42,708 bases of DNA from a virus. Taxonomy: Duplodnaviria > Caudoviricetes. Location: the IMG/VR virus record IMGVR_UViG_3300042195_000141, positions 1 through 42,708 of that record; one strand, given 5' to 3'. Below are positions 25,297 through 34,803 of the stretch, in pieces. A model generated the notes under the pieces. The model saw nothing but the letters and a program-made list of their open reading frames with translations, ran no database searches and had not been told where the DNA came from. A program made the translations under genes and the position numbers. Positions within the stretch are counted from its first letter, which is position 1. Each line of letters opens with the position of its first letter.

Positions 25297-26328
25297 ATGA
25301 AGAACAAGGCAACTCGCTTCAACCCGCGTCGCGGCGCCCAGCTCGCGGCACCGGGACCGTACCGGGGGTTGGCTTCCGCGGTCCAGGCGGCCGGATCGCT
25401 TCACGTGATTCGCGCCCTGGCGCCGCTACCGAAGGACGCCCAGGAGCTGATCGACGACGCGGTAATCCGCGTCGGGCTCGACCGGCTCGTCATCGTCCAG
25501 GACTTCATCGCGGAGGGCCTAACCTTCCCACTCCCGGACTGGCTCGCGGTCCCCGAGTTGTACTGGGAGAAGACCAACGCCCCGGGCCACGCCCGCCGGG
25601 TGATGGTCCCGAAGGCGCGCGGGGAGCGCCAGCTGCAGGACCGGGAGGGCACCCGCATCCCGATCTACGCCACGATCGAGGACTTCTCGATCGGTATCCG
25701 CGAGCAGCTCGCCTCCGCGCGAGCCGGAGCGCCGCTCGACACCTCGGGCATCGTCGAGGCGACCCGACGCGTCAACGAGGCGATCGAGGACGCGATCATC
25801 AACGGCGGCCCCACCGTGGGCGGGTTCGCCTCGCCGGGGCTGCTCAACGCCCCGTCGCTCAACACGCAGGCGTACTCCGGATCCAACCCGGCGTGGGACC
25901 ACGCGTCGAAGACCGGCCAGGAGATCATCAACGACGTCCTCGCGATGGCGGGGAAGCTGCGGGCCGCGCGTAAGTTCGGACCGTACAACCTCTACATCCC
26001 GACGGACTACGGCAACGCGCTGAACAGGAACTTCAGCGACGGCGTGGCCACGTTCGACTACACCATCCGCGAGCGCATCGAGCGGATGATCTACGGCTCG
26101 CGTGCCATCCGTGTCCGCGAGGCGGACCAGCTCCCGGACGACCGCACCGTGCTCATCCAGATGACCAGCGACGTCGCGGACGTCATCGTCGGTGACGAGC
26201 CGATGCCGATCTCCTGGGAGTCGCCGGACGGCTTCGAATTCAACCACGTCATCATGGCGTGCATCGTGCCGCGGCTCAAGGACACCTACACCAACCAGTC
26301 CGGCATCTGCGTGGGCAACACCTCGTAG
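25297..26328 (+). CDS. major capsid protein (HK97 fold, encapsulin/Linocin_M18-like)
   Basis: PIYATIEDFSIGIREQLAS...PLD, GLLNAP, FGPYNLYIP; 343 aa; strong RBS; synteny. Confidence 0.88.
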   Translation: MKNKATRFNPRRGAQLAAPGPYRGLASAVQAAGSLHVIRALAPLPKDAQELIDDAVIRVGLDRLVIVQDFIAEGLTFPLPDWLAVPELYWEKTNAPGHARRVMVPKARGERQLQDREGTRIPIYATIEDFSIGIREQLASARAGAPLDTSGIVEATRRVNEAIEDAIINGGPTVGGFASPGLLNAPSLNTQAYSGSNPAWDHASKTGQEIINDVLAMAGKLRAARKFGPYNLYIPTDYGNALNRNFSDGVATFDYTIRERIERMIYGSRAIRVREADQLPDDRTVLIQMTSDVADVIVGDEPMPISWESPDGFEFNHVIMACIVPRLKDTYTNQSGICVGNTS

Positions 26329-26352
26329 AACCGGCAAAGTAAGTAAGGAGTA

Positions 26353-26643
26353 ATGCAAGGAATGATCTACAACATCGACGTCCACCGCGACGGGAAGGTC
26401 ATCTCGCTGCCGCCGTGCACCTCGTTCGAGACCCTGGTGGTCAGTCCCGGGTGCCCGGCCGCAAGGCTCCAGGCACCCGGCGTCTACCTCGAGATCCTGG
26501 CACCCCCGAGTGCCCGGGCAACCCTGGAGCTGCCGCGCGACGGGGAGCACATCTGGGTGACGAACCACAGGGGCGATACCCTGAAGCATTTCCAGTGGCC
26601 GCTCGCCGACGCGGTAACCGAGAAGGAGGCCGTAGCCGTATGA
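26353..26643 (+). CDS. hypothetical protein
   Basis: TAAGGAG RBS. Confidence 0.65.
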   Translation: MQGMIYNIDVHRDGKVISLPPCTSFETLVVSPGCPAARLQAPGVYLEILAPPSARATLELPRDGEHIWVTNHRGDTLKHFQWPLADAVTEKEAVAV

Positions 26644-27089
26644 AGAAGTACAAGTTCATCGTCACCGCCGGCAACCACGGTGCCTACGACGAGGCCGGGA
26701 ACCCCCTGAAGTTCGGGCCCGGCGACGAGATCCTACTGACCTACGCGGAGGCCGCCACCAAGCCGTGGGCCAAGCCCGCACCCGGCACCCCGACCCCGCC
26801 GGCCGCACCCGAGGCGGAACCGGAGGCTACCAAGAAGGAGTCGAAGAAGGTCCCCGCGCCTTCCGACGCGGGCGGCTTTGGGGACTGGGCCGGCTTCCTC
26901 GACGCGCACAACGTCACGGACACCCGAGCCCAGATCGAACAGCTCGCGGACGCCGAGCAGGTCGCGGCGCTGCTCACCGCCGAAGAGTCCCGCGAGAACC
27001 CGCGCAAGGGCGTGGTCTATGCCGCCGAGGATCGGCTCCGCGCCCTGGGCGTCTCGGGCGATGGCGGCGCCGGTGGTGAGGAGGCCTGA
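26640..27089 (+). CDS. head-associated protein with C-terminal helical (LEM/HeH-like) motif
   Basis: AAGGAGG RBS, ATGA overlap; LLTAEESRENPRKGVVYAAEDRL. Confidence 0.65.
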   Translation: MKKYKFIVTAGNHGAYDEAGNPLKFGPGDEILLTYAEAATKPWAKPAPGTPTPPAAPEAEPEATKKESKKVPAPSDAGGFGDWAGFLDAHNVTDTRAQIEQLADAEQVAALLTAEESRENPRKGVVYAAEDRLRALGVSGDGGAGGEEA

Positions 27090-27095
27090 CGGGCG

Positions 27096-27497
27096 ATGGC
27101 GCTCTACAAGCTAAGGATCCGCTGGGGCCGTTGGGAGGGCCCGCCGGGCAACCGGCAATACGTGCCGTACGCGCCCGGCGCGGAGGTCGACCTCTCCGAG
27201 GAGGAGGCTGCTGGATTCGCCGCCGGTCGACTCGAGCCGGTCGCGGGTAGGCCGGTGCCGGCGGTATCCGAACCGCCCGCGGGGCTCGTATTACTCCCCG
27301 CCGGTACGGTCCGCGAGGTCGAGGAGGGGATCTCCGATATCGAGGACGCGGGCGCGCTCCGGGCGCTGGCCGCCGTGGAGCTAGGCTCTCGGCAGCCGCG
27401 CAAGGGCGTGCTCCGCGCGGTCGAGGCGCGGCTCGGCGAGCTCGCCGAGGACGACCCGGCGGAGGAGAACGAGGACCCGGCCCACGAGGAGGACTAG
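27096..27497 (+). CDS. paralog of preceding protein (same C-terminal motif)
   Basis: LAAVELGSRQPRKGVLRAVEARL. Confidence 0.65.
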   Translation: MALYKLRIRWGRWEGPPGNRQYVPYAPGAEVDLSEEEAAGFAAGRLEPVAGRPVPAVSEPPAGLVLLPAGTVREVEEGISDIEDAGALRALAAVELGSRQPRKGVLRAVEARLGELAEDDPAEENEDPAHEED

Positions 27498-27500
27498 CCG

Positions 27501-28016
27501 TTGCCCCTGGACGCTACCACAGGCGGCACGAGCTCTAACTCGTACCTGGACGCGGACGAGGCCGCCGACTACTTCGCGGAGCGGCTGCACTCGTCGGCGT
27601 GGACCGCCGCGTCCGCGGGTGATAAGGACGCCGCGCTGATCCAGGCTACTCGCGTGATCGACGCGCGGGTCTGCTTCGCTGGTATGGCGACCACCGCGAC
27701 CCAGGCACTCCGGTGGCCTCGCTCAGGACTCGTTTCGATGAACGGCTATCCGCTCGGTGACGACGTGATCCCGGACCAGCTCAAGGACGCCGTGTGCGAG
27801 CTGGCGCTGACGCTGCTCGACGGAGACGTGACGATCGAGAGCGAGATCGTCACCCAGGGGATCACGAAGGTCAAGGCCGATACGGTCGAAGTTGGGTTTG
27901 ATACGGCCAAGGCAACGACGCGCGAGGTCCCGAAGCACGTGATCGAGATGCTCGTTCCGGCTTGGCTGTGCCCGCCGCGCGTACCACGCGTGAGCGCCCG
28001 GGCGGGGGTGACCTGA
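27501..28016 (+). CDS. head-tail adaptor (DnaT-like family)
   Basis: SNSYLDADEAADYFAERL...ALIQATRVID...QALRWPR...IPDQLKDAVCELAL. Confidence 0.85.
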   Translation: MPLDATTGGTSSNSYLDADEAADYFAERLHSSAWTAASAGDKDAALIQATRVIDARVCFAGMATTATQALRWPRSGLVSMNGYPLGDDVIPDQLKDAVCELALTLLDGDVTIESEIVTQGITKVKADTVEVGFDTAKATTREVPKHVIEMLVPAWLCPPRVPRVSARAGVT

Positions 28017-28411
28017 TGGGATTGGGCGATACCCTGCGCAACGCCGTCAGGATCGTGGACTCCGTGACCGCGGACATCCAGGCCACGGTCCAGCACGAGG
28101 CGTGGATCGGGCAGGACGGCCGCGGTAAGCCGAGCTACGCCGCCGCCGTAGCGCGTGCCTGCGCAGTCTCCATGGACCAGCGGCAGGTCGAGGACTTCGA
28201 GGGTCGGCTGCGGATCGCCCGGACGCGCCTGACCTTCCCGCGGGACATCGCTCCCAACGGCGCGACCGGACGCATCGAGCCGATCGACCCGCGGGACCGG
28301 ATCACCCTGCCGGACGGTACGACCGGGCCAATCCTGAACGTGAAGGGGTTCGTCGACAGGGCGACAAACCGGCCGTTCGCGATCACGGTGTTCTTGGGCG
28401 AGGCGACGTAA
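28016..28411 (+). CDS. head closure/stopper protein
   Basis: GQDGRGKPSY...IDPRDRITLPDG; synteny. Confidence 0.7.
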   Translation: MGLGDTLRNAVRIVDSVTADIQATVQHEAWIGQDGRGKPSYAAAVARACAVSMDQRQVEDFEGRLRIARTRLTFPRDIAPNGATGRIEPIDPRDRITLPDGTTGPILNVKGFVDRATNRPFAITVFLGEAT

Positions 28412-28765
28412 TTGGCGTTCGAGAAGTTCTTCACCGCCGACCGGCTCGCACAGGTCCTGTGCTCCGTCGACGAGGGATTCTGCTCGCAGGCGCCGGACGG
28501 CCGGAAGTTCGCCGAGCTCTACGCGGCGACAGCGATGTCCGGTGGTATGGGCTCCGGCGCCGGAATCAGCGGGACCGGGAAGCTCGCCGTCGACGCTGGG
28601 GGCGTAGCGGTCTTCGATCCCTGTGTAGTGCGTGACCGAGCGCGGGCTTGGCTCGGCGAGGTCTTCGAGCGGCTCGCCGGAGACCCGGAGGGCGAGGAGG
28701 CCCGCGCGGTCTACGAACGCATCCGAGACGACTTCGCACCGGCGGCGGAGGAACCCGACGCGTGA
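28412..28765 (+). CDS. hypothetical protein
   Basis: TTG start, coupled to the GT2 gene. Confidence 0.5.
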   Translation: MAFEKFFTADRLAQVLCSVDEGFCSQAPDGRKFAELYAATAMSGGMGSGAGISGTGKLAVDAGGVAVFDPCVVRDRARAWLGEVFERLAGDPEGEEARAVYERIRDDFAPAAEEPDA

Positions 28766-29472
28766 CCCGCGCCGCCGTCATCATGGCCGCCCGGCGCGCG
28801 GAGCGCTGGATTATCGACGCCGTCCGGTCCGTGCTCGACCAGCGGTTCGGCGGGGAGATTGTGCTCATGGTCGGCGTCGACGACTGCCCGCGCACCTCGG
28901 CGGCTCTCACCGCGCGCGGCGTCCGGCACTTCCGCTCCGCGGAGCACCGCGGTCCGTACGTCGTGCGGAACTCCCTCATCATTGCCTGCCCGCCCAGGGT
29001 CTCCCACTACGTAGTCTTCGACGCGGACGACGTGATGGACCTGGACTACGTCGAGCGGTTGACCGAGGCCGCCGGCGAGGACGGGCTGTCGGGCTGTGCG
29101 CGCCGGATCTGGCGAGACGAGGACGGCCCGATACCTGCGGACGCCGCCGGCCTGCGGACCGCTCCCTTCGACACGGGACGCCCGACGATTTCGGCCTCGG
29201 CGTGGGCTCGACTCGGCGGCTTTGCCTCCTACCTGGTAAGCGCCGATACAGACCTCTGGTGGCGGGCCCGGGACATGGGCCTGCCGCTACGGACGCTCGA
29301 GGCCGCGCACTTCACGGCCCGGCTTCATCCCGGATCGCAGATGGCGGCGCCCGAGACGTGCCTGACCTCGCCTCTGCGCGCCGGGATCTTCGCGCGTATC
29401 TACGAGGGTCTTCGCGCGGGCCGGCTCACTGTCGAAGCGCCGGAGACCGTGGCCCTCGAGGAGGCGGCGTGA
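28762..29472 (+). CDS. glycosyltransferase family 2 (GT-A)
   Basis: VIMAARRAERWIIDAVRSVLDQ, VGVDD, GPYVVRN, FDADD, LGGF...ADTDLWWR. Confidence 0.9.
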   Translation: MTRAAVIMAARRAERWIIDAVRSVLDQRFGGEIVLMVGVDDCPRTSAALTARGVRHFRSAEHRGPYVVRNSLIIACPPRVSHYVVFDADDVMDLDYVERLTEAAGEDGLSGCARRIWRDEDGPIPADAAGLRTAPFDTGRPTISASAWARLGGFASYLVSADTDLWWRARDMGLPLRTLEAAHFTARLHPGSQMAAPETCLTSPLRAGIFARIYEGLRAGRLTVEAPETVALEEAA

Positions 29473-30200
29473 ACGCAACGCTCACCCGGGACGGCTACGT
29501 CGGGCCAGACCTCTTCCTCGACCCGCGCAAGGCCGCGGAGGTCCTGGACGGATGCCGCCGCCCGCACCCGCGGTGCTGGTACAAGGGTCTGGCCACCGTG
29601 AGCCCGGCGGCTGCGCGGGTAGCTCGGCACCCGTACCTCGTAGCGCTCACCCGCGACGCCCTCGGCCCCGACGTCGTGCTCTGGGGGGCGCACATGCTGA
29701 GCCGCGGCCCTGGTGAAGCGCACCCATGGCACACGGATATCGAGACGGCGAATCCCAGGGGGCGCTACGTCACGGCGTGGATCGCGCTCGAGGGCGGCGG
29801 CGAGGGCTCCGGCCTGCGGGTAATCCCCGGTTCGCACCTCTACGGCGTGTCAGTGCAGGAGGCGCGCGCCGACACCGGGGTAACCCGGAGCGGCGCGGAC
29901 GACAACGCAATCTTGAGGCTTGCGCGGCAGTTCGACCCGGCGGCGTCGATAGTGGAGGTCCGAGCGGAAGTCGGCCACGTGGTGCTCTTCGACGGCCACA
30001 CCTGGCACGGATCTCGTAACGACACGGACGCCGTCCGTACCGCGCTGATCCTCCAGTACGCCGCTGCGGACTGCCCGGTGCGGCGGGCGGACCTCTCGCG
30101 CCTGGACTGGCCGTTTCGCTACAGTGCCCCGGCGCCGTGCATCCTGATCGCGGGTGCGGCGCCCGCCGGCGTGAACACGGTAGTCGAGGCCCCGGCGTGA
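29469..30200 (+). CDS. PhyH-family Fe(II)/2-oxoglutarate dioxygenase
   Basis: RDGYV, HPWHTD (HxD), VTAWIAL, GLRVIPGSH, LFDGHTWHGS..N....R. Confidence 0.9.
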   Translation: MNATLTRDGYVGPDLFLDPRKAAEVLDGCRRPHPRCWYKGLATVSPAAARVARHPYLVALTRDALGPDVVLWGAHMLSRGPGEAHPWHTDIETANPRGRYVTAWIALEGGGEGSGLRVIPGSHLYGVSVQEARADTGVTRSGADDNAILRLARQFDPAASIVEVRAEVGHVVLFDGHTWHGSRNDTDAVRTALILQYAAADCPVRRADLSRLDWPFRYSAPAPCILIAGAAPAGVNTVVEAPA

Positions 30201-30892
30201 CCGGTATCTATCCGTTCGCGGCGGACCTCACAGCGCACCAGGTGCGGCCGTGGGCGCCTCACTTCCTGATGGACCGGCCTACTCCGACCTGCGGGCGGCT
30301 GTCCGTGCACGTCTCGGGACTGATGCCCGGAAAGTGCCCGCACGCGCCGCACGTCCACCCGGAGGAGGAGTTTCTGATCGTCCTCAAGGGCGAGGCCGGC
30401 TTGGTGATCGCCGACGGCCCAACCGCGAAGGGCGCCCGGATCGAGAAGGTGCCGGCCGGGGGCGGTGTCTACTACCCGCCGAGTCAGTACCACACAATCC
30501 GCAACGACGACGCGGCACCGATCGAGTACCTGATGGTGAAGTGGGTCGGCCGGGGTACCGAGGCCGAGGCGCCGGCAACGCAGCTCTTCCGCTACTCGGA
30601 CCGCCGCGAGTCGACGGGCTTCACGCCGCTCTGCGCCCTCGACGGCCCGGCGTTCCGTCTCTGGCGGATGCATACCCACCTGACGCTCCTCGGCGCCGGC
30701 AAGGGCTACCCGCCACACGCCGATCCCTACGACGTCGCCTTGGTGCTGCTCGAGGGTACCGTCGAGACGCTTGATCAGCGAGTCGCGCCCCCGGCGCTCA
30801 TCTGGTACGACCGAGGCGATCCGCACGGCATCACGAACGTCGGTGAGGGCGTCGCCCGGTACGTCGTCTTTGAGTTAGAGGGCCGCCGATGA
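30197..30892 (+). CDS. bicupin protein
   Basis: PHAPHVHPEEEFLIVLKG...YHTIRN and a second cupin YPPHADPYDVALVLLEG...PHGITNVG. Confidence 0.85.
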   Translation: MTGIYPFAADLTAHQVRPWAPHFLMDRPTPTCGRLSVHVSGLMPGKCPHAPHVHPEEEFLIVLKGEAGLVIADGPTAKGARIEKVPAGGGVYYPPSQYHTIRNDDAAPIEYLMVKWVGRGTEAEAPATQLFRYSDRRESTGFTPLCALDGPAFRLWRMHTHLTLLGAGKGYPPHADPYDVALVLLEGTVETLDQRVAPPALIWYDRGDPHGITNVGEGVARYVVFELEGRR

Positions 30893-31428
30893 GTGCCCTC
30901 GACAAGCTGGCGACGACCGAAAAGGAGCTGGTCTGGTGCGCGGAGCGCGCCCGGGGTTGCCGCTACGTGATCGAGGTCGGGGTCTGGCTCGGGCGCTCTC
31001 TCAAGGTTTGGGCCGACAACATCCAGCCGGGCGGTGTCGCGTTCGGCGTGGACGCCTGGTCGACCGAGCACTGCGGCACCGAGAACATGCGAGAGAACCT
31101 ACTGCGGGTCGGCCCGGAGGAGGCGCTCGAGCGCTGCCGCGAGACCGTGGCCGATCACCTCGCCGCCGGCCGCGTCCGGCTGGTGCGAGCGCCCGCTGTC
31201 GAAGCGGCGCGGTCCCTGGATCCCGGCGCCGATCTCGTCTACCTCGACGCTGCGACAGAGGAGGCCGAGACCGCCGCGCAGCTCGCCGCCTACGAGCCGC
31301 TGGTGCGACCCGGCGGAACGATCTGCGGACACCACTACCTCCGCCGCGCCGGCGCGCGCGTCGCGATCGACGCCCGGTACGGCGACCGCGCCCAGCACGA
31401 CGGGCAGATCTGGTGGGTAACGCTGTGA
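30889..31428 (+). CDS. class I SAM-dependent methyltransferase (Methyltransf_24-like)
   Basis: VIEVGVWLGRS, FGVDAW, DLVYLDA, LVRPGGTICGHHY. Confidence 0.85.
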   Translation: MSALDKLATTEKELVWCAERARGCRYVIEVGVWLGRSLKVWADNIQPGGVAFGVDAWSTEHCGTENMRENLLRVGPEEALERCRETVADHLAAGRVRLVRAPAVEAARSLDPGADLVYLDAATEEAETAAQLAAYEPLVRPGGTICGHHYLRRAGARVAIDARYGDRAQHDGQIWWVTL

Positions 31429-32168
31429 GGCTGGCCGCCGCGATCATCACGGTGGACCGCGGGGAGACTAATTTCCTCGGCGCGACGCTGCGGAACCTGG
31501 AGCGCTCGGGGTGGTTCTCCGAGCCGGAGGTGCCGCCGCTGTGGGTGGTCGACTCCGGGTCGCCCGCGGGCTACGTCGAGCGGGAGGCGGGAGGGCTGGC
31601 CGCACAGCTCCACACCGACCTTCCGGCCGAGCGCCGGAGCCTCAACGCCAACGCCTCGCGAGCGCTTCAACTAGTGACGGCCGAGGATGTCGACTTCGTC
31701 CTGATGATGCAGGACGACATCGACGTCTGCGCCGACTTCGCCGGCAGCGTCCGGCGCTGGCTTGCAGACCACCACGACGATCGGTGGCTGCTCTACTCGT
31801 TCGGCACGACTTGGCCGCCGATCCAAGAGGCAGCACTCGCCGGCCGGGCGTCGGCCCCCTACCCGATCAACCAGTTTTTTGGCACGCAGTGCTATGCGCT
31901 CTCGATGCAGCGGTCGCGGCAGCTCGAGGAGTGGTTCGAGCGCTCATGGCCGAAGCTCTCCTCCGATGCGAAGGGGCGAAACGTCTACGACGACATCCTG
32001 CTCCATCGGTGGGCTGCGGAGACCGACCACGCCGCAACGCACTTCCTGGCGTCGGCGCCGAGCCTCGTACAGCACGTCGGCGACGTGTCGTCGATCCAGA
32101 ACAAGCCATTTACCTTTCCGAGCTGGCCGGGGCGGCAGTGGAGCTACGAAGGGAGGAGGGCGGCGTGA
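31425..32168 (+). CDS. GT-A fold glycosyltransferase
   Basis: WVVDSGS, VLMMQDDIDV, GTQCY, PSLVQHVG. Confidence 0.75.
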   Translation: MRLAAAIITVDRGETNFLGATLRNLERSGWFSEPEVPPLWVVDSGSPAGYVEREAGGLAAQLHTDLPAERRSLNANASRALQLVTAEDVDFVLMMQDDIDVCADFAGSVRRWLADHHDDRWLLYSFGTTWPPIQEAALAGRASAPYPINQFFGTQCYALSMQRSRQLEEWFERSWPKLSSDAKGRNVYDDILLHRWAAETDHAATHFLASAPSLVQHVGDVSSIQNKPFTFPSWPGRQWSYEGRRAA

Positions 32169-32326
32169 AGTTCTCCTTCGATCTTGACGGCGTGTGCTAC
32201 GAGCGGCCCGAAGTCTCCACCGCCTTCGCTCGTTCAGCATATCGGCGAGGCATCTCCGATCAAGAGCCGGTGGTTCGCTTTCCCGAGTTGGCCGGGCCGG
32301 GATTGGTCATACCAAAGCAAGGCTAA
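32165..32326 (+). pseudogene. deletion remnant: HAD-like start joined to a second GT C-terminus
   Basis: MKFSFDLDGV (HAD motif I) followed, in another frame, by PSLVQHIGEASPIKSRWFAFPSWPGRDWSY, paralogous to the end of 31425..32168. Confidence 0.6.
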
Positions 32327-32356
32327 CCAAGCAACGCAGCAGGAGGTCCAGTTTCA

Positions 32357-33670
32357 ATGCCTATGAACCTTCGTCCGACACGGGATGCCGCCGGGATACA
32401 CTTGCGCGTGCTTTGGGTGGGGGACGCCGCCTGCTCCTCCGGGTTCGCCCGCGTGACGCATGCAGTATGCGATGAGCTGTTCGCCGCCGGACACGATGTC
32501 GCAGTCGTAGGTATCAACTACTACGGCGACCCGCACGGCCATCCGTACTCGATCTACCCACCGCGGCAGCCGTTCGACGGCGGCCGGGACGGCTACGGAG
32601 TGACTCGTACGCCGGCGATCTCCTACCGGTTCAAGCCGGACGTGATCGTACTGCTCAACGACCCGTGGAACGTTGAGCCTTACCTCGACGCACTGAGGGG
32701 CTTCCGTGAGCGCAGCGCCGAGCGCGGCTTCTTGGTGCCTGAGGTGCCCGTCGTCGCGTTTATGGCCGTGGACGCCAAGAACCAGTTCTCGGCGCCCGCG
32801 CTCAACCGGTGCGCCCACGTGGCGACCTGGACACGGTTCGGGGCCGATGAGCTAAAGGCGGGGGGCTACGAGGGCGAGCCCTCCGTCGTGCCGCTCGGCG
32901 TAGATTCCGAGAAGTTCTACCCGGGGGACCGTTCCGAGGCCCGGGAGAAACTCGGCCTGGAGCCGGACGCCTTCTACGTCGGGGTGGTGGGTAGAAACCA
33001 GCCGCGCAAGCGTCTGGATCTCACGCTAGAGGCGTTCGCGGACTGGGTTCGCAACAACGACGTTCCGAACGCGCGCTTGCTGCTGCACGTCGCGCCGACG
33101 GGAGACCGGGGCTTCGACCTGAAGCCGCTAGTCAGGCACTTCGGCCTCGAGCGGGGACGCGTTCTTCTCTCGACGCCGAATACCGGGGCGGGCGCCCCCG
33201 ACGAGCAGCTGAGGTTGTTCTACTCGGCGTTCGACTGCTATCTCACCACCACCCAGGGTGAGGGTTGGGGCTTGCCGTGCCTCGAGGCGATGGCCTGCGG
33301 TACGCCGTGCCTGGTCCCGGACCACTCGGGCCTCGGGGACTGGACCGGTAGCGCGGCGGTGAAGGTGCCGTGCTCGGCGATAGCGGTCAACGCCCCAATC
33401 GGGGATCTCGCGTATACCGTCGGTGGCGTCGTGGACCGCCGGGCGGTCGTCTCGGAGCTCAACACGATGTACCGATCCTCGGCGCACCGCGACACTTACC
33501 GCCGGCGCGGGCTCAAGCTCGCGGCCTCGCTGCCCTGGTCCAGGACGGGTTGCGAAATGCGCGAGGTGATCGAGGCGGTAGCGCTTCAGTTCGCACCTGG
33601 ACAGGAGGCAAAGGAGGAGGGGCTAGCGAGCGCGCCCTCCGCGGACAGGGAGGAGGCCGCAGTCGCGTGA
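32357..33670 (+). CDS. glycosyltransferase family 4 (GT-B)
   Basis: SSGFARVT, VPLGVDSEKFYP, GRNQPRKRLD, EGWGLPCLEAMACG. Confidence 0.92.
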   Translation: MPMNLRPTRDAAGIHLRVLWVGDAACSSGFARVTHAVCDELFAAGHDVAVVGINYYGDPHGHPYSIYPPRQPFDGGRDGYGVTRTPAISYRFKPDVIVLLNDPWNVEPYLDALRGFRERSAERGFLVPEVPVVAFMAVDAKNQFSAPALNRCAHVATWTRFGADELKAGGYEGEPSVVPLGVDSEKFYPGDRSEAREKLGLEPDAFYVGVVGRNQPRKRLDLTLEAFADWVRNNDVPNARLLLHVAPTGDRGFDLKPLVRHFGLERGRVLLSTPNTGAGAPDEQLRLFYSAFDCYLTTTQGEGWGLPCLEAMACGTPCLVPDHSGLGDWTGSAAVKVPCSAIAVNAPIGDLAYTVGGVVDRRAVVSELNTMYRSSAHRDTYRRRGLKLAASLPWSRTGCEMREVIEAVALQFAPGQEAKEEGLASAPSADREEAAVA

Positions 33671-33864
33671 GCGTAGTCGCTAACCTAACGGTGAACGTCG
33701 ATCAGCTTCCCGGGCTTGTGTTCAGCCTGCGCTCGGAGATGGCGAACCTGCTGCGCGCCGCGGCGCAGGGCGAAGAACCGTTCGTGGCGCGCCGGCTCCG
33801 TGAGATCGCCGCGGCGTTCGAGGTGGGTGTCGGCCCCGGGGAGGTTCGTCGTGGCACGGGCTAG
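33667..33864 (+). CDS. hypothetical protein
   Basis: GGAGG RBS, GTGA overlap. Confidence 0.5.
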   Translation: MSVVANLTVNVDQLPGLVFSLRSEMANLLRAAAQGEEPFVARRLREIAAAFEVGVGPGEVRRGTG

Positions 33865-34315
33865 GGACTCATCGGGCCGCTTCGTTGGCGGGGACTCCGC
33901 GTTCACCATAAAGGGCGTCGGGGCGATGCGCGGGAAGATCGACAAGATCGCTCTGGCGTTTTTGGTCAAGGTGCTGGGCGCGCTCTACGTCGAGGCGGAG
34001 CTGATCAAGACCCGCTCGCAGAAAGAATTTGTCCCCGTCGACCTCGGACCGCTCCGTAGCTCCGGCCATGTACAGCCTCCGCGACGGAAGGGTCGGGAGA
34101 TCGAGGTGACGATCGCGTTCGGTGGAGTATCGGCGCCTTATGCCTTGGCAATTCACGAGCACCCGTCACAGTACAGTCCGCCCAGCTGGCGTGGCAAGTC
34201 CGAGGGTGAGATCAACTGGTCGCCAAAGGGGCGCGGCCCGAAGTATCTGGAGAAACCGCTGAACGAGGCGCTCAAGGACATGGACGCACGGCTGGCAAGG
34301 CGGCTCGCGCTGTGA
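33851..34315 (+). CDS. neck/tail-completion protein (HK97 gp10-like)
   Basis: VPVDLGPLRSSG...APYALAIHE...PKYLEKPL. Confidence 0.8.
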   Translation: MARARDSSGRFVGGDSAFTIKGVGAMRGKIDKIALAFLVKVLGALYVEAELIKTRSQKEFVPVDLGPLRSSGHVQPPRRKGREIEVTIAFGGVSAPYALAIHEHPSQYSPPSWRGKSEGEINWSPKGRGPKYLEKPLNEALKDMDARLARRLAL

Positions 34316-34716
34316 CGCGCTACGTAGAGATACTCGCGTTGCAGAGGCCCTTTCCATACGACGTGGACGGGCTGCGTCGCACGCTGTTCTCATGCAACTA
34401 CACAGCGCTCGCCGCGGCGCCCGTGACTAGCTGGGCGGATGAGGTCGTGCGGCTGATCGAGCTTGCCGGCCTCGGCACCTACGGCTCGGATATCTTCATC
34501 GGCCCATCCTTGGATGCGCCGGCCGGCGACGGCCCGTACGTCCACGTGGTCGACACCGGCGGTATCCCGCCCAACGAGACGCACAACGGCGACAAATACG
34601 AAAGGCTCTCGGTACAGATCATCGTGCGGGCCGCCGACGCCCTCGCCGGCGAAACGCGAGCTGTCGCAATCTGGCGTGCCCTTGACGGCCGCCGCAACCT
34701 AACCGTGGCCGCCTAA
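34312..34716 (+). CDS. tail terminator
   Basis: DIFIG...VVDTGG...YERLSVQIIVRA; precedes tail tube. Confidence 0.7.
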   Translation: MTRYVEILALQRPFPYDVDGLRRTLFSCNYTALAAAPVTSWADEVVRLIELAGLGTYGSDIFIGPSLDAPAGDGPYVHVVDTGGIPPNETHNGDKYERLSVQIIVRAADALAGETRAVAIWRALDGRRNLTVAA

Positions 34717-34803
34717 AAACAAGCAAACAAGCGGACGACGAAAGGAGGCCCCCGGTGAACGAAACGTAAATGAAGCGGCTAGGAGCCGCAGGAGGAAGCA
34801 GAC

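Noticed and set aside
25297-26328. Encapsulin/bacteriocin (Linocin M18) nanocompartment
   Set aside because: Sits within a complete portal-protease-decoration-connector-tail operon, so it is the phage capsid.
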